Assembly (NCBI GenBank): GCA_021787845.1
Contig: JAJYLH010000015.1
Span: forward strand, 6,059-70,058
Direction of reading: 5' to 3'
Source of the DNA: Myxococcales bacterium
GTDB lineage: Bacteria; Myxococcota; Myxococcia; Myxococcales; JAJYLH01
Length of the DNA: 64,000 nucleotides
Under the pieces are notes generated by a model. The model had not been told where the DNA came from. It worked only from the letters and a program-made list of their open reading frames with translations, and did no database searches. The number at the start of each line of letters is the position of its first letter. Position 1 is the stretch's first letter. Shown here in pieces: positions 51,619 through 64,000 of the stretch. The position numbers and the translations under genes are program-made.

Positions 51619-51987
51619 CTACAGGACTTCCGGCGCCAGCGAGATGATTTTCATGAACTTGCGGGCCCTAAGCTCGCGCGCCACCGGCCCGAAGATGCGG
51701 GTGCCGATGGGCTCCATGTCCTTGTTGATCAGCACCGCGCTGTTGCCGTCGAACTTGATGTAGGAGCCGTCCGGCCGGGCGACCTCGCGCCGGGTGCGCA
51801 CGACGACCGCCTTCACCACGTCGCCCTTCTTCACCTTGGCGTTGGGGATGGCCTCCTTCACCGAGACCACGATCACGTCGCCGACCGACGCGTACTTGCG
51901 CTTGGAGCCGCCCAGCACCTTGATGCAGAACACGCTCTTCGCCCCGGAATTGTCGGCCACGTCGAGGCGGGTGGTCGTCTGGATCAT
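51619..51987 (-). CDS. rplN: 50S ribosomal protein L14
   Basis: [20 protein letters not shown] and ISLAPEVL. Confidence 0.98.
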   Translation of the reverse strand: MIQTTTRLDVADNSGAKSVFCIKVLGGSKRKYASVGDVIVVSVKEAIPNAKVKKGDVVKAVVVRTRREVARPDGSYIKFDGNSAVLINKDMEPIGTRIFGPVARELRARKFMKIISLAPEVL

Positions 51988-52037
51988 CGAAACTCTCTCC
52001 TGCGGAGAAGACTCCGCTTCGAGGGGGGCTTGAAGCC

Positions 52038-52298
52038 CTAGACCTCGGGGGCCTTGGTCAGGGTCTCGGCGACCCGCCACCGCTTGTCCTTCGACAAGGG
52101 CCGGGTCTCGACGATGCGGACCACGTCGCCGACCCGGCGGCCCTCCTCCTCGTCGTGGGCCTTGTAGCTCTGCCGGCGGGTGACGTACTTGCCGTACTTC
52201 GCGTGGCGCACCCGCCGGTCGACCTGGACCACCACCGTCTTCTGCATCTTGTTCGAGGTGACGACGCCGATGCGGCTCTTGGGACGACCCCGTTCCAT
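52038..52298 (-). CDS. rpsQ: 30S ribosomal protein S17
   Basis: KMQKTVVV and [11 protein letters not shown]. Confidence 0.97.
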   Translation of the reverse strand: MERGRPKSRIGVVTSNKMQKTVVVQVDRRVRHAKYGKYVTRRQSYKAHDEEEGRRVGDVVRIVETRPLSKDKRWRVAETLTKAPEV

Positions 52299-52338
52299 CT
52301 CTTCTCTCCTTGGAGCTTTCGCGCCTCTCAGAGCGCTC

Positions 52339-52536
52339 CTACGTTCGCTTCTGGGCGAGGATGGTCTTGACCCGCGCCAGGTCCCGGCGGGTGGTCGAAA
52401 TGTCGGCGTTCGACTCCAGGGTCCCGGCCGCCCGGCGGATTCTCAGGTTGAACAGGTTCTCGGCCTTCTCGGCCGCCAGCTTCTCGAGCTCGTCGACGCT
52501 CTTGTCGCGCAGCTCGCTCGATTTGGTGTGCTTCAT
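52339..52536 (-). CDS. rpmC: 50S ribosomal protein L29
   Basis: [15 protein letters not shown] and RRDLARVKT. Sits between rplP and rpsQ. Confidence 0.93.
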   Translation of the reverse strand: MKHTKSSELRDKSVDELEKLAAEKAENLFNLRIRRAAGTLESNADISTTRRDLARVKTILAQKRT

Positions 52537-52554
52537 CGCCCTTGAATCCTTTCG

Positions 52555-52977
52555 CTAGACGAGCTGGGTGTCGGCGCGGGTGACAATCTTGGTGGCGATG
52601 GGGAGCTTGTTCATCGCGAGCGAGAACGCCTCCTTCGCCACCTCGGGGGTGACGCCCTCCATCTCGTAGAGGATGCGGCCCGGACGGACCACCGCCACCC
52701 ACTCCTCGACGTTGCCCTTGCCGTGGCCCATGCGGGTCTCCAACGGCTTCTTGGAAATCGGCTTGTCCGGGAAGACCCGGATCCACACTTTGCCGCCGCG
52801 CTTGATGGAGCGGGTGACCGCGATGCGGGCCGCTTCGATCTGCCGGGCGGTCAGGCGCCCCTCTTCCAGGGCCTGGAGGCCGAAGGTGCCGAAGTTCAGG
52901 TCGCTGCCCCGGTACGCGAGGCCGCGCATCCGCCCCTTCATCTGCTTGCGGTACTTCGTGCGCGCGGGCTGCATCAT
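52555..52977 (-). CDS. rplP: 50S ribosomal protein L16
   Basis: [15 protein letters not shown] and RMGHGKG. Confidence 0.98.
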   Translation of the reverse strand: MMQPARTKYRKQMKGRMRGLAYRGSDLNFGTFGLQALEEGRLTARQIEAARIAVTRSIKRGGKVWIRVFPDKPISKKPLETRMGHGKGNVEEWVAVVRPGRILYEMEGVTPEVAKEAFSLAMNKLPIATKIVTRADTQLV

Positions 52978-53018
52978 CGCTCGATACTCCTAGAAAGCGC
53001 TCCTGCTCAAGGGAAGCG

Positions 53019-53660
53019 CTACCGGTGGATGCTGTGGGGGAGCACCTCGCCCCGGAAGATCCAGCACTTGACCCCGATTTTCCCGTAGGTGGTCTTGGCC
53101 TCGCTAAAGCCGTAGTCGATGTCTGCCCGCAGGGTGTGCAAGGGCACCCGCCCCTCGCGGTACCACTCGTAGCGGGCCATCTCCGAGCCGCCGAGCCGCC
53201 CCGAGCAGGCGACCCGGATGCCCTTGGCCCCGAACTTGAGCGCGGTCTGCACCGCCTTCTTCATCGCCCGGCGAAAGGCGATGCGCCGGACGAGCTGGGT
53301 CGCGATGTTCTCCGCCACGAGCTGGGCGTCCACCTCGGCCTTGCGCACCTCGACCACGTTCAGGAAGACCTCGTTCTCGGTGAACCGCTGGAGGTCCTTC
53401 TTCACCTTGTCGATTTCCACCCCCCGCTTGCCGATGACGATGCCCGGCCGCGCGGTGTGGACCGAGACCTTGGCCTTGTTCGCCGCCCGCTCGATCTCCA
53501 CCTTGGAGATGCCCGCCTGGTTCAGCTTCTCCTTGACGTAGGCCCGGAGCTGCAGGTCCTGGTGGAGCCACTTCGAGTAGTTTTTCTCCTCGAACCACTT
53601 CGAGTCCCAGGAGCGGATCACCCCCAGGCGGAAACCGACCGGATTGACCTTCTGACCCAA
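53019..53660 (-). CDS. rpsC: 30S ribosomal protein S3
   Basis: [13 protein letters not shown] and [17 protein letters not shown] start. Confidence 0.98.
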   Translation of the reverse strand: MGQKVNPVGFRLGVIRSWDSKWFEEKNYSKWLHQDLQLRAYVKEKLNQAGISKVEIERAANKAKVSVHTARPGIVIGKRGVEIDKVKKDLQRFTENEVFLNVVEVRKAEVDAQLVAENIATQLVRRIAFRRAMKKAVQTALKFGAKGIRVACSGRLGGSEMARYEWYREGRVPLHTLRADIDYGFSEAKTTYGKIGVKCWIFRGEVLPHSIHR

Positions 53661-53832
53661 GCGACACCTCGATGGCGGCCTCGTCTTGCCCTTGGCGCCC
53701 TTTGTTCCCTGCCCAGAGGCCTCGGCCCCAGGCGAAAAGGGGCGCAGCCTCTACCACACTTCCCTGCCGATGTCTCGCGAGAAGCTCGGGCGCCCCCCTC
53801 TCGCCTCTCTTCGCGCGCGCAAAAAACCTTCG

Positions 53833-54165
53833 CTAGGCCTTCTCGTCCAGCTCCACCTGGACGTGGCTCGTCTTCTTGTTCACCCGAAACGCCCGCCCCA
53901 GCGCCCGCGGCATGAACCGCCGCATCCCCGGCCCCTGGTCGACCGTGATCCTGGTGACGAAGAGCTTGTCGACGTCCTTCCCCGCCTTCTCGGCGTTCGC
54001 CACCGCGCTCTTCAGGAGCTTGGAGACCGGCAGCGCCGCCGCCTTGCGGGTGTACTGCAGGAGGTTGATGGCCTCGCCCACCGCCTTGCCCCGGATGGTG
54101 TCCACCACCACCCGCACCTTGCGGGGTGCGACCCGAAGTCCCTTGACCCTGGCGCTCGTCGGCAT
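53833..54165 (-). CDS. rplV: 50S ribosomal protein L22
   Basis: APRKVRVV, SAVANAE and PRALGRA. Confidence 0.97.
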   Translation of the reverse strand: MPTSARVKGLRVAPRKVRVVVDTIRGKAVGEAINLLQYTRKAAALPVSKLLKSAVANAEKAGKDVDKLFVTRITVDQGPGMRRFMPRALGRAFRVNKKTSHVQVELDEKA

Positions 54166-54260
54166 CGTTCTCTCCACTTCGCCCGGCCCCACGAAAACAG
54201 CCGAGCCGTCAATCCGAACCGGCGCTCCACCGAAGAGCGCTCCCGGTAAGTCCGTCCGCT

Positions 54261-54542
54261 CTACTTCGCGGGTCTCGCCTTCTTGTCGGCGCTGTGGCCG
54301 TGGAACGTCCGGGTCGGCGCGAACTCCCCGAGCTTGTGTCCGACCATGTTCTCGGTCACGAAGACCGGGAAGAACTTCTTCCCGTTGTGGACGGCGAAGG
54401 TGTGCCCGACGAAGTCCGGCGGGATCGTCGACCTGCGCGACCAGGTCTTGAGCACCTTGCGCTGGTTCAAGCTGTTGAGGTCCGTCACCTTCTTGAGGAG
54501 GTGGCGGTCCGTGAACGGGCCTTTCTTGATCGACCTTCCCAT
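54261..54542 (-). CDS. rpsS: 30S ribosomal protein S19
   Basis: [15 protein letters not shown] and [11 protein letters not shown]. Confidence 0.98.
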   Translation of the reverse strand: MGRSIKKGPFTDRHLLKKVTDLNSLNQRKVLKTWSRRSTIPPDFVGHTFAVHNGKKFFPVFVTENMVGHKLGEFAPTRTFHGHSADKKARPAK

Positions 54543-54592
54543 CGCTCCACCTTTGGCTCGAGCTAGACGCCAGCGCTCCTGAAGACAGCTTC

Positions 54593-55426
54593 CTACTTCG
54601 CGCCCTTGCGCTTGACGATGTACTTGTCGGTCCGCTTGTTGTGCCGGGTCTTGTGCCCCTTGGTCGCCTGGCCCCAGGGCGAGACCGGATGCGGGTTGCC
54701 TTGACCGCTCTTGCCCTCCCCTCCGCCGTGCGGGTGGTCGACCGGGTTCATCACCACCCCGCGCACCGTCGGCCGGACGCCCAGCCACCTCGAGCGTCCC
54801 GCCTTCCCCACCCGGACGGTGGAGTTCTCGACGTTGCCGAGCTGGCCCACCGTCGCCCGGCACTCGAGCGGCACCTTGCGGACCTCGCTCGAGGGGAGGC
54901 GGACCTGCGCCCAGCCGCCCTCCTTGGCCATCAGTTGGCCCCAGCTTCCGGCCGAACGGATCATCTGCGCGCCGCGGCCCGGCTTCACCTCGACCGCGTG
55001 GATCACGGTGCCGAGCGGGATGCTCGCGAGGGGCAGCGTGTTGCCGGGCCGGATGTCCACCTGGTCGCCCGAGACCACCCGGTCGCCGACTTTGAGCCCC
55101 ACCGGCGCGAGGATGTATGCCTTGGTCCCGTCGGTGTAGTGCAGGAGCGCGAGCCGGGCCGACCGGTTCGGGTCATACTCGATCGCCGCGACCTTCGCCT
55201 CGATGCCGTCCTTCGACCGCTTGAAGTCGACCAGCCGCAGCCGCTGCTTGTGGCCGCCGCCCTGGTGGCGGGTAGTGATGTGCCCGTGCGCGTTGCGCCC
55301 GCCCTTGCTCGTAAGCTTCGCCGTCAGCTCGCGCTCGGGCTTCTTCTTCGGGGTCAAGTCGGAGAAGTCGACGGCGCTCATCCCGCGGCGGCCGGGCGAG
55401 GTCGGCTTGTAGGTTCTCAGTGCCAT
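54593..55426 (-). CDS. rplB: 50S ribosomal protein L2
   Basis: IEYDPNRSA and [13 protein letters not shown]. Confidence 0.98.
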   Translation of the reverse strand: MALRTYKPTSPGRRGMSAVDFSDLTPKKKPERELTAKLTSKGGRNAHGHITTRHQGGGHKQRLRLVDFKRSKDGIEAKVAAIEYDPNRSARLALLHYTDGTKAYILAPVGLKVGDRVVSGDQVDIRPGNTLPLASIPLGTVIHAVEVKPGRGAQMIRSAGSWGQLMAKEGGWAQVRLPSSEVRKVPLECRATVGQLGNVENSTVRVGKAGRSRWLGVRPTVRGVVMNPVDHPHGGGEGKSGQGNPHPVSPWGQATKGHKTRHNKRTDKYIVKRKGAK

Positions 55427-55482
55427 CCCAGGAATCCTCATCGCGCAAAGGCCGCGCCGCTAAAGGCCGGCCGGCAGCGCTC

Positions 55483-55779
55483 CTACTTTCCTTCGAAGAG
55501 CGAAATCGCGTCGCCTTCCTTCAGGGTGACGATCGCCCGCTTCCGGGTCGGCGTCTTGCCGACCACGTGCGCCGTCACCCCGCTGCGCTTCTCTTTCCCG
55601 CGCAGAATCTGGGTCGTCACCTGGGTGACCGAGACCTTGAAGAGGGTCTCGACCGCGTGGCGGACCTGCATCTTGGTCGCGCGCTGGTCGACCTCGAAGG
55701 CGTACTGGTTGAGCTGGTCGCGCGCGCGGTCGAACTTCTCGGTGTCCAGCGGCCGCTTGATGACGTGATAGAGGTTCAT
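55483..55779 (-). CDS. rplW: 50S ribosomal protein L23
   Basis: [20 protein letters not shown] and KRAIVTL. Confidence 0.95.
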   Translation of the reverse strand: MNLYHVIKRPLDTEKFDRARDQLNQYAFEVDQRATKMQVRHAVETLFKVSVTQVTTQILRGKEKRSGVTAHVVGKTPTRKRAIVTLKEGDAISLFEGK

Positions 55780-56396
55780 GACAGCCTCGCCTCGATGGCC
55801 TTCGCCGTCGGCACGGTCAAGACCAGCGCCTGGTGGCGCAGGACGTCGAAGAGGTTCAGCCCCTCCGGCGGCAGGAAGGTGAACTCGTCCAGGTTGCGCA
55901 CGCTCTTCGCGAGGGTCTCGTTCTCCTTCCCGTCGACGATGAGCGCGTTGTCGAGCCCCAGCTTCGAGAGCACCTGCAGTGCCCGCTTGGTCTTGATCTC
56001 GCCCAGGTCGAAGCGGTCGACGAAGATGAGCTTCTGCTCCTTGGCCCGGAGGGACAGCGCGCTTCTCAAAGCGCCCTGGCGCACCTTGCGGGGGACCTGG
56101 TAGCCGTAGTCGTGGGGCTTGGGGCCCATCGCCTTGCCGCCCCCGACCCATTGGCTCGCCCGGTTGGAGCCCTGCCGGGCGCGGCCGGTGCCCTTCTGCT
56201 TGTAGGGTTTCTTGCCGCCGCCCGAGACCAGCGACCGGTTCTTCACCGCGTGGGTGCCCGCCCGCCTCTGCGCGAGCTGGCTCTTGATCACCTCGTAGAA
56301 GAGGTTCTCGTTGACCTCGCCGGCGAACACGCTGTCCGCCAGCTCGATCGTCGAGACCTTCTCCTTCTCGAGGTTGTAGACGTCGAAAGTCGCCAT
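55776..56396 (-). CDS. rplD: 50S ribosomal protein L4
   Basis: [16 protein letters not shown] and SVRNL. Confidence 0.97.
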   Translation of the reverse strand: MATFDVYNLEKEKVSTIELADSVFAGEVNENLFYEVIKSQLAQRRAGTHAVKNRSLVSGGGKKPYKQKGTGRARQGSNRASQWVGGGKAMGPKPHDYGYQVPRKVRQGALRSALSLRAKEQKLIFVDRFDLGEIKTKRALQVLSKLGLDNALIVDGKENETLAKSVRNLDEFTFLPPEGLNLFDVLRHQALVLTVPTAKAIEARLS

Positions 56397-56460
56397 CGAA
56401 TCACCCTTCGTTTTGTCCCCGAGAGGAGCGTGGGGAGCGCCGACGAAGCCCAACTCGCCT

Positions 56461-56769
56461 CTAGCTCTTGATCTCCACGTCCACGCCGGCGCTCAGGTCG
56501 AGCTTCATCAGCGCGTCGAGCGTCTGCTGCGTCGGCTCCAGGATGTCCAGGACCCGCTTGTGGGTGCGGATTTCGAACTGCTCCCGGCTCTTCTTGTCGA
56601 CGTGCGGCGAGCGCAGGACGGTGAACTTGTTGATCCGCGTGGGAAGCGGAATCGGTCCCGCCACCTTCGCGCCGGTGCGCTTGGCCGTCTCCAGAATCTC
56701 CCCCGTCGACTGGTCGAGGAGCTTGTGGTCGTACGCCTTGAGGCGGATGCGGATTCTCTGTGCTGCCAT
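56461..56769 (-). CDS. rpsJ: 30S ribosomal protein S10
   Basis: [17 protein letters not shown] and [14 protein letters not shown]. Confidence 0.98.
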   Translation of the reverse strand: MAAQRIRIRLKAYDHKLLDQSTGEILETAKRTGAKVAGPIPLPTRINKFTVLRSPHVDKKSREQFEIRTHKRVLDILEPTQQTLDALMKLDLSAGVDVEIKS

Positions 56770-56934
56770 CGGCAACCTTTTCTGGCGCGCCGGCGCTTCG
56801 CGAAGAGCCGGACGCGACGACAAGGGCTTGACCCTTCCAGCACCTTTCCCCGCCAGGAAGGGCGTGCCCGCACCGGACTGGCCCTAAGGCACTTCGGAGC
56901 CCTTCTTCGAACGGCGCCCCGGGCCGAAAAAACG

Positions 56935-58140
<1,206 letters not shown>

Positions 58141-58170
58141 CGTCCTCTCCTTTTCGAATAGCTCCCGCCG

Positions 58171-60246
58171 CTAAAAGCCGCGCGTTCGCTGGATGAGCGC
58201 CTCCGCCACGTTCGGCGGCACCGGCGCGTACTCGTGGAACTGCATGGTGAACGTCGCCCGGCCCTCGCTCGCGCTGCGCAGGCTCGTCGAGTAGCCGAAC
58301 ATCTCGGCGAGCGGCACCTCCGCCTGGACCACCTCGACCCCGCCGCGGGGGAGCATCCCGAGCACCTTCCCCCGCCGGCTCGCCAGGTCCGCGATGACGT
58401 TGCCCATGTACGCGTCGGGGGTCGAAACCTCCGCCGCCATCACCGGCTCCAAGAGAATCGGAGCCGCCTTCTTCGCCGCGTCGCGAAAGGCCATCGTCGC
58501 GGCCACCTTGAACGCCACCTCGGTCGAGTCCTCCTCCCGATAGCTTCCGCCGACCAGCTTCGCCGTCAGGTCGATCAGCGGGTAGCCGGCGACGGCGCCG
58601 CTCTGCATCGCCTCGCTGACGCCCCGCTCGACCGCCGGGACGAACTCCTTCGGAAGGACGCTCTCCTTGAGCGCACTCGAGAAGCGAAAGCCGCTGCCCC
58701 GCGCGCCGGGCGCGATGGATAGCACAACGTGGCCGAATTGCACCTTGCCGCCCAGTGGACGTTCGAAGACGTGCTCGGCGGTGGCCGGCTGGGTGATCGT
58801 CTCCCGGTAGCTGACCTGGGGCTTGCCGACGTTGGCGTCGACCTTGAACTCGCGCTGGAGCCGGTCGACGATGATGTCCAGGTGCAGCTCGCCCATCCCG
58901 TGAATCAGGGTCTGGCCGGTCTCCTCGTCCAGCGAGACCAGGAACGACGGGTCTTCCAGCGCGAGCCGGCCGAGCGCGTCCGACAGCTTCTCCTGGTCCG
59001 CCTTGGTCTTCGGCTCGACCACGAGCTGGATCACCGGGGTCGGGAACTGCATCCGCTCGAGGACGATCGGCTTGTGCTCGCTCGAGAGCGTGTCCCCGGT
59101 GACGACGAGCTTCAGCCCCGCGATCGCCCCGATGTCGCCCGCGCCAAGCTCCTCGATCTCCTCCCGCTTGTTCGCGTGCATCCGCACGAGCTTGCTCACC
59201 CGCTCGCGCTTGCCTTTCGAGGAGACGAAAGCGCTCTCGCCCACCTTGAGCGCTCCCGAGTAGACCCGGACGTAGGTGAGCGTCTTGAAATAGGGGTCGC
59301 TCGTCACCTTGAAGGCGAGCGCGCTCAAGAGCTCGTCGTCGCGGGTCTCGCGGGTGACCTCGACGCCGTTCTTGTCGTGCCCGGCGACCGGCGGGATGTC
59401 CAGCGGGCTCGGCAACAGGTCGACCACCGCGTCGAGCACCGGCTGCACGCCCTTGTTCTTGAACGCCGCCCCGCAGAACACCGGGAAGCACTTGAGGCCG
59501 ACGGTCCCCAGCCTGAGCGCGTGCCGCACGTCGGGTGCCGAGAGGTCGCCCGCCTCCAGGTACTTCGCCAGCACCTGGTCGTCGTATTCCGCCACCGTCT
59601 CCACCAGCTCGGCGCGAGCGCTCCTGGCCTCCCCCTCGAGCTCGGCCGGGACCTTGCCGCGCACCACCGTCTCGCCCCGCTCGCCCTCGAAGGTCACCGC
59701 CTCCATCGAAACGAGGTCGACGACACCGCGGAAGCTCTCCTCCCTGCCGATGGGGAGCTGCACCACCACCGGCTTCGCGTGCAGCCGCTCGACGATGGAC
59801 CCGACCGACGCCCGGAAGTCGGCGCCGACCCGGTCCATCTTGTTGACGAAGCAGATGCGTGGCACCCGGTAGCGGTCCGCCTGCCGCCAGACGGTCTCGC
59901 TCTGCGGCTCCACCCCGTTGACCGCGTCGAACACCGTCACCACCCCGTCGAGGACGCGCAAGCTGCGCTCCACCTCGACCGTGAAGTCGACGTGGCCGGG
60001 CGTGTCGATGATGTTGACCTGGTGGTCGCGCCAGAAGCAGGTGATCGCCGCGGCGGTGATGGTGATGCCGCGCTCGCGCTCCTGGTCCATCCAGTCCATG
60101 ACGGTGGTGCCCTCATGGACCTCGCCGATTTTGTGGGAAACGCCGGTGTAGTAGAGGACCCGCTCGGTGGTGGTCGTCTTGCCCGCGTCGATGTGGGCCA
60201 CGATGCCGATGTTGCGCATCTTTTCGAGCGCGATTTTCCGCGCCAT
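58171..60246 (-). CDS. fusA: Elongation factor G
   Basis: [28 protein letters not shown] and GMGELHL. Confidence 0.96.
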   Translation of the reverse strand: MARKIALEKMRNIGIVAHIDAGKTTTTERVLYYTGVSHKIGEVHEGTTVMDWMDQERERGITITAAAITCFWRDHQVNIIDTPGHVDFTVEVERSLRVLDGVVTVFDAVNGVEPQSETVWRQADRYRVPRICFVNKMDRVGADFRASVGSIVERLHAKPVVVQLPIGREESFRGVVDLVSMEAVTFEGERGETVVRGKVPAELEGEARSARAELVETVAEYDDQVLAKYLEAGDLSAPDVRHALRLGTVGLKCFPVFCGAAFKNKGVQPVLDAVVDLLPSPLDIPPVAGHDKNGVEVTRETRDDELLSALAFKVTSDPYFKTLTYVRVYSGALKVGESAFVSSKGKRERVSKLVRMHANKREEIEELGAGDIGAIAGLKLVVTGDTLSSEHKPIVLERMQFPTPVIQLVVEPKTKADQEKLSDALGRLALEDPSFLVSLDEETGQTLIHGMGELHLDIIVDRLQREFKVDANVGKPQVSYRETITQPATAEHVFERPLGGKVQFGHVVLSIAPGARGSGFRFSSALKESVLPKEFVPAVERGVSEAMQSGAVAGYPLIDLTAKLVGGSYREEDSTEVAFKVAATMAFRDAAKKAAPILLEPVMAAEVSTPDAYMGNVIADLASRRGKVLGMLPRGGVEVVQAEVPLAEMFGYSTSLRSASEGRATFTMQFHEYAPVPPNVAEALIQRTRGF

Positions 60247-60395
60247 GGCCGACTCCATCCGACGCGCGAGACGCCTCCTCGAGGTCACGCGCTCTTTTGC
60301 CGGCCCGGTCGGCCGGCCTTCTTGTCCAGTCGCTGCTCGCCCATCGTCCTGGCGAGGGGCAGCCTTCAGCGGGTTCGCTGCCCTGGCTCCGCTGC

Positions 60396-60433
60396 TCCGA
60401 CCGATCGGTCGGATCCGACGGATCGGTCCGAAC
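60396..60433. repeat. GATC 9-bp-period array 8, in the rpsG-fusA spacer
   Basis: GATC at 60403, 60412 and 60421. Confidence 0.88.
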
Positions 60434-60560
60434 CACCTGCGCTCGTCTTCCGACTCCGCTCCCGCTCACCTTCAGCGCAGTCGGGGAACGCGCGCTTCGT
60501 GCCGCACCCGGACACTCACCTGTCCGGCTTCCGCCAGCCGCTATACGACTGGGCTCCTGC

Positions 60561-61031
60561 CTACCAGCGGTAGTGCGCGAAGGCCTTGTTCGCCTCCGCC
60601 ATCTTGTGCGTGTCTTCCCGCTTCTTCACCGCGGCGCCGCGGTTGTTGGCCGCGTCCATGATTTCCGCCGCCAGCTTCTTGTCCATCGACTTCTCGCCCC
60701 GCGAGGCGGCGTAGCCGATGAGCCAGCGCAGGCCCAGCGCGACCTTCCGGTCCGGCCGCACCTCGACCGGGACCTGGTAGGTGGCGCCGCCGACCCGCCG
60801 GCTCTTCACCTCCAAGGTCGGCTTCACGTTCTCCAGCGCCTTCTTGAAAATCTTCAGCGGGTCGTCGTTGAGCTTGGCTTGAATGTCGTCGAAGGCGGCG
60901 TAGGCGATGCCCTCCGCGGTCGACCGTTTCCCCTGGCGCATCAGGTCGTTGATGAGCTTGGTCACCAGCCGGTCCTGGTACTTCGGGTCCGCGAGGATCT
61001 TGCGTTTTTCGGCGACGTGACGGCGAGGCAT
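60561..61031 (-). CDS. rpsG: 30S ribosomal protein S7
   Basis: [12 protein letters not shown] and [15 protein letters not shown]. Confidence 0.98.
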   Translation of the reverse strand: MPRRHVAEKRKILADPKYQDRLVTKLINDLMRQGKRSTAEGIAYAAFDDIQAKLNDDPLKIFKKALENVKPTLEVKSRRVGGATYQVPVEVRPDRKVALGLRWLIGYAASRGEKSMDKKLAAEIMDAANNRGAAVKKREDTHKMAEANKAFAHYRW

Positions 61032-61127
61032 CTTCTTTTTCTCCAGCTCGAACCCCAGGCTCGACAGGAGCGCTGGAGGAGGGCCCGTCCCTTCCGGACG
61101 GCCGAGGGCCCTTTTTCGTTTCGGCCG

Positions 61128-61499
61128 CTAGCTCGGGCGTTTCGCGCCGTACTTCGAGCGGCTCTGCTTGCGGCCCTGGACGCCGACGGAGTCCAGCGTG
61201 CCGCGGATGACGTGGTAGCGAACGCCCGGCAGGTCCTTGACGCGGCCGCCGCGGATCATCACCACCGAGTGCTCCTGGAGGTTGTGGCCGACGCCGGGGA
61301 TGTAGCTCGTCACTTCCATCCCGTTGGTCAGGCGGACGCGGGCGACCTTGCGCAGGGCGGAGTTCGGCTTCTTCGGGGTCGTCGTGTAGACGCGGGTGCA
61401 CACGCCGCGCTTCTGCGGGCAGGACGCCATCGCGGGCGCCTTGGTCTTCTGCCGCACCCGCTCGCGGCTGGCGCGGATGAGCTGGTTGATCGTCGGCAT
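61128..61499 (-). CDS. rpsL: 30S ribosomal protein S12
   Basis: [17 protein letters not shown] and GGRVKDLPG. Confidence 0.98.
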   Translation of the reverse strand: MPTINQLIRASRERVRQKTKAPAMASCPQKRGVCTRVYTTTPKKPNSALRKVARVRLTNGMEVTSYIPGVGHNLQEHSVVMIRGGRVKDLPGVRYHVIRGTLDSVGVQGRKQSRSKYGAKRPS

Positions 61500-61577
61500 C
61501 CTGACCCTTCTTCTTCCGCTCGCTCGAAGCCGAGCTCTCTCCGCCCTCCGGGACCCCCCGGAAAAACGGAGCGGCGC

Positions 61578-61605
61578 AGCATATGGATCGCGCGGCGCGT
61601 GTCAA
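61578..61605 (-). promoter_or_regulatory. Promoter of the str operon with GC-rich discriminator
   Basis: TTGACA-N16-TATGCT followed by GCGCCGC. Confidence 0.7.
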
Positions 61606-61725
61606 GCGAAATCGACCTGGCGCTCGATTCCCGAGCCTTCCCAGCCGTTTTTCGTGCGATCGTCCGGCGCGGCCCGACCTTGGCCTCCGTCGCTCTCGAA
61701 CCCGTTCGCCCACCCCTCCTGCCCC

Positions 61726-62502
61726 ATGAACCTCGTCCTCCTCGAGCCCGCCGATTTCCCGCAGGGCATCACCGGTCCTGCCCCCCTTCGCGGGGAGGCC
61801 GAGGTCCGCGGCCGGCGCGCCAAGCACATCCGCGAGGTCCATCGGGTGCGCCCGCGCGACGTGCTCCGGGTCGGCCTCGTCGATTCCCTCCTCGGCGAGG
61901 GCGAGGTGCTCCAGGTCGACCGCGACGAGGTGCGCCTGAAGGTCGAGCTGACCGAGCCGCCCCCCGAGCCGAGCGGCATCGCTCTCGCCCTCGCGATGCC
62001 CCGCCCGAAGGTGCTGCGCCGCCTCTTGTCCCAGGTCGCCTCGATGGGCCTCAAGAAGGTGGTCGTCGTCCGGGCGGCGCGGGTGGAGGAGAGCTACTTC
62101 GACTCGCCGCTCGTCGCGCCCGACGCCGTCCACAAAGCGCTCCTGCTCGGCTTGGAGCAGGCGCGGGACACGAGGCTGCCCGAGGTGGAAATCGGCCTTC
62201 GCTTCCAGCCGTTCGTCGGGGATCAGGTGCCCTCAAGGTGGCCGGGACCGGTCCCGAAGCTCGTCGCCCATCCCGCCGGCGAGCGGCTCCTCGAGGCGTG
62301 CCCGGTCGGCCGCGAGCCGGACCCGGTGCTGGTCGCGGTCGGTCCCGAGGGCGGCTTCGTTCCCTTCGAGGTCGAGCTGCTCGAGCGGACCGGCTTCTGC
62401 GCGTTCTCCCTCGGCCCGCGCATCCTCCGGGTGGAGACCGCGGTGCCCGCCCTCGTCGGCCAGCTCGACCTGCTCCGCCGACATCCAATCGGCCGCACCT
62501 GA
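61726..62502 (+). CDS. rsmE: 16S rRNA m3U1498 methyltransferase
   Basis: VAVGPEGGF and LGPRILRVETA SPOUT motifs. Confidence 0.92.
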   Translation: MNLVLLEPADFPQGITGPAPLRGEAEVRGRRAKHIREVHRVRPRDVLRVGLVDSLLGEGEVLQVDRDEVRLKVELTEPPPEPSGIALALAMPRPKVLRRLLSQVASMGLKKVVVVRAARVEESYFDSPLVAPDAVHKALLLGLEQARDTRLPEVEIGLRFQPFVGDQVPSRWPGPVPKLVAHPAGERLLEACPVGREPDPVLVAVGPEGGFVPFEVELLERTGFCAFSLGPRILRVETAVPALVGQLDLLRRHPIGRT

Positions 62503-62608
62503 GAGCCGCGTTGCCGGCCGCCCGGTCGGCCCCCACCATGTCATCTGGCCGTGCTCTTCCGCGGCCCGGCGCGACCTGACCCGCGGTCCCGCCGGGGAGC
62601 TTCGCCAA

Positions 62609-64000
62609 GTGTGGTGCCGAACGGCAGCGTTGGCGCTCTTCGTTTGCGCCGCTCCTCGCCTGGCACGAGCGCTGCCGCTCCTCAGGCTGGCCCTGGCGGG
62701 CGGCGCGACCGAGGTGGGGGCGGGCGGGCTCGACGCTTTCGTGCCGGCGCGGACGGCGGCGCTCACCCTCACTCGGCCGGCGCTGTTGACCGACCTGACG
62801 CGGCCGATCTTCTGGCTGACCGGCGACGACGAGGCGACGCTCTCGATCGGCGGGGACGAGTTCTGGGCGGGCACCCGGGCGGACGGCTTTCGCTCGCAGG
62901 CGACGCTCGCGGCGCCGGTCCGACTCGCGAAGATGAAGCTCGTCCTGGCGGCGAGCGGCCGGTTCGAGACCGGCACCCTGGCGCTACGCAACAAGAGCCA
63001 GGGCGAGCTCATCCGGGTGACCGAGAAGCGCACGACGGGGCAGGCGGCCGTCGCGGTGAAGCCGCTCGAGTGGCTGCGGCTGGGCGGCGAGGTCGGGTTC
63101 GGGCTCGGGCACGCGTACGGCATCGAGGTGCAGGCCCGCGACGGACCGTTCCGGCTCGGGTTCGTGCGCCGGGCGGAACAGCTCGTGTTCGACGCCAGCG
63201 CTCCCGAGGGGCCGAAGCTCGGATTCCAGCGGCCGCAGCTCGACTACGTCATCGAGCAGGACCGGCAGGTGGCGGCGATCACCGCGGCGGTGCGCCTGCC
63301 GCTCGGTGAGCTGAGCGGCAGCGCTGACCTCCTGCACCCGGGCGACTTCACCACGCAGGGCGCGCTCAGACTGTGGCGCCTGGCGTTTCGCGCGCGGCTC
63401 GAGTCGACCCGCTACGACTTCCTGAACGGCGCGACCACCGGCGGCCAAGAGATTGCGCGGGTGAGCCTCGGCGTTCGCGTCACGCGGTTCTCGGTCGCGA
63501 CGGACCTGCGCCTGGGCGCCAGCACCTTTCGCCTCGGGCACCTGGAAACGGCGGTCTCGACCGGCAGCAGTTGGGCCGACCTCGGGGCGATCACGGGCGA
63601 GCGGCTCTTGTCGCTGGACGCCGACCTCGAGCTCTATCTGCGCCACGCCTACGGCGTCTCCCTCGTCTCCGACGGCCTCGGATGGAGCTGGCGGCACGGG
63701 CGGCTCGGGCTCGCCGCCGGGCTCGAGCACCTGAAGCTGACGAGCGGCGCCGGCGGTCTGACGTACGGTTCCAAGGTGCTCAAGTCGCTCGACGGGAAGA
63801 GCACGCTGCCGGAGACCATCGCCGACCTGGTGGGCCTCACGGCCGGCGCGAGCCTCGAGCTGGGGAAGATCGAGGTCAGCCTCGCGCTCGCGCAATTCGT
63901 GCCCTACGCGAGCATGGAGCTCGGCAGCGGTCCCGGTGGGAGCCACCGCGCGGGCTCGCCACCGAAGACGACCTCGACGGGCAAGCTCGGCTCGCAATGG
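62609..64000 (+). CDS. Probable outer-membrane beta-barrel protein (runs off the window)
   Basis: Not in the ORF track. GGGGAG RBS, GTG 62609, signal MWCRTAALALFVCAAPRLARA, GC3-rich codons, amphipathic strands (AVKPLEWLRLGGEVGFG). Confidence 0.6.
   Translation, partial: MWCRTAALALFVCAAPRLARALPLLRLALAGGATEVGAGGLDAFVPARTAALTLTRPALLTDLTRPIFWLTGDDEATLSIGGDEFWAGTRADGFRSQATLAAPVRLAKMKLVLAASGRFETGTLALRNKSQGELIRVTEKRTTGQAAVAVKPLEWLRLGGEVGFGLGHAYGIEVQARDGPFRLGFVRRAEQLVFDASAPEGPKLGFQRPQLDYVIEQDRQVAAITAAVRLPLGELSGSADLLHPGDFTTQGALRLWRLAFRARLESTRYDFLNGATTGGQEIARVSLGVRVTRFSVATDLRLGASTFRLGHLETAVSTGSSWADLGAITGERLLSLDADLELYLRHAYGVSLVSDGLGWSWRHGRLGLAAGLEHLKLTSGAGGLTYGSKVLKSLDGKSTLPETIADLVGLTAGASLELGKIEVSLALAQFVPYASMELGSGPGGSHRAGSPPKTTSTGKLGSQW

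Noticed and set aside
62984-63997. 337-aa minus-strand ORF
   Set aside because: The plus-strand frame from 62609 has an RBS, signal peptide and better codon usage.

Overview
GC-rich (about 70% by eye) bacterial chromosome segment, most likely Myxococcota or a related deltaproteobacterium (MYXO-CTERM-like tail, LAAC-type lipoproteins, eukaryote-like kinase, FHA protein). The left 48 kb hold envelope, transport and metabolic genes: an Ig-repeat lipoprotein, TPR protein, RIO1 kinase, FadL with a divergent GxSxG lipoprotein, rhomboid, FAD monooxygenase, a probable pseudokinase, dut, a 1740-aa surface protein, a flippase/glycosyltransferase cassette, KamA, RimK, an ArnT-like GT, an FtsX-type ABC transporter, TolC-MFP-RND, pstS with a porin, cydAB, otsB, xerD, a Sua5/YciO-family gene and argJ. 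The right 14 kb hold a str-S10-spc ribosomal cluster, rsmE and a partial outer-membrane protein. No rRNA, tRNA, CRISPR array or transposase was recognised. Main oddities: (1) eight self-complementary arrays with GATC every 9 bp (unit GATC-nGWCn), one in frame at the start of the efflux adaptor and one where the spc operon breaks; (2) a decayed ~580-bp copy of the kamA 5' half which, with intact kamA, brackets the polysaccharide cassette; (3) an EF-Tu whose RGITI switch-I region is replaced by a longer, divergent segment; (4) no rplC, and the spc operon ends after S14; (5) a MITE-like element enclosing a REP doublet, plus two other REP-like families; (6) a kinase with HRD changed to HHN and a small membrane ORF split by one amber codon. 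All calls come from reading motifs by eye; no database search was run.
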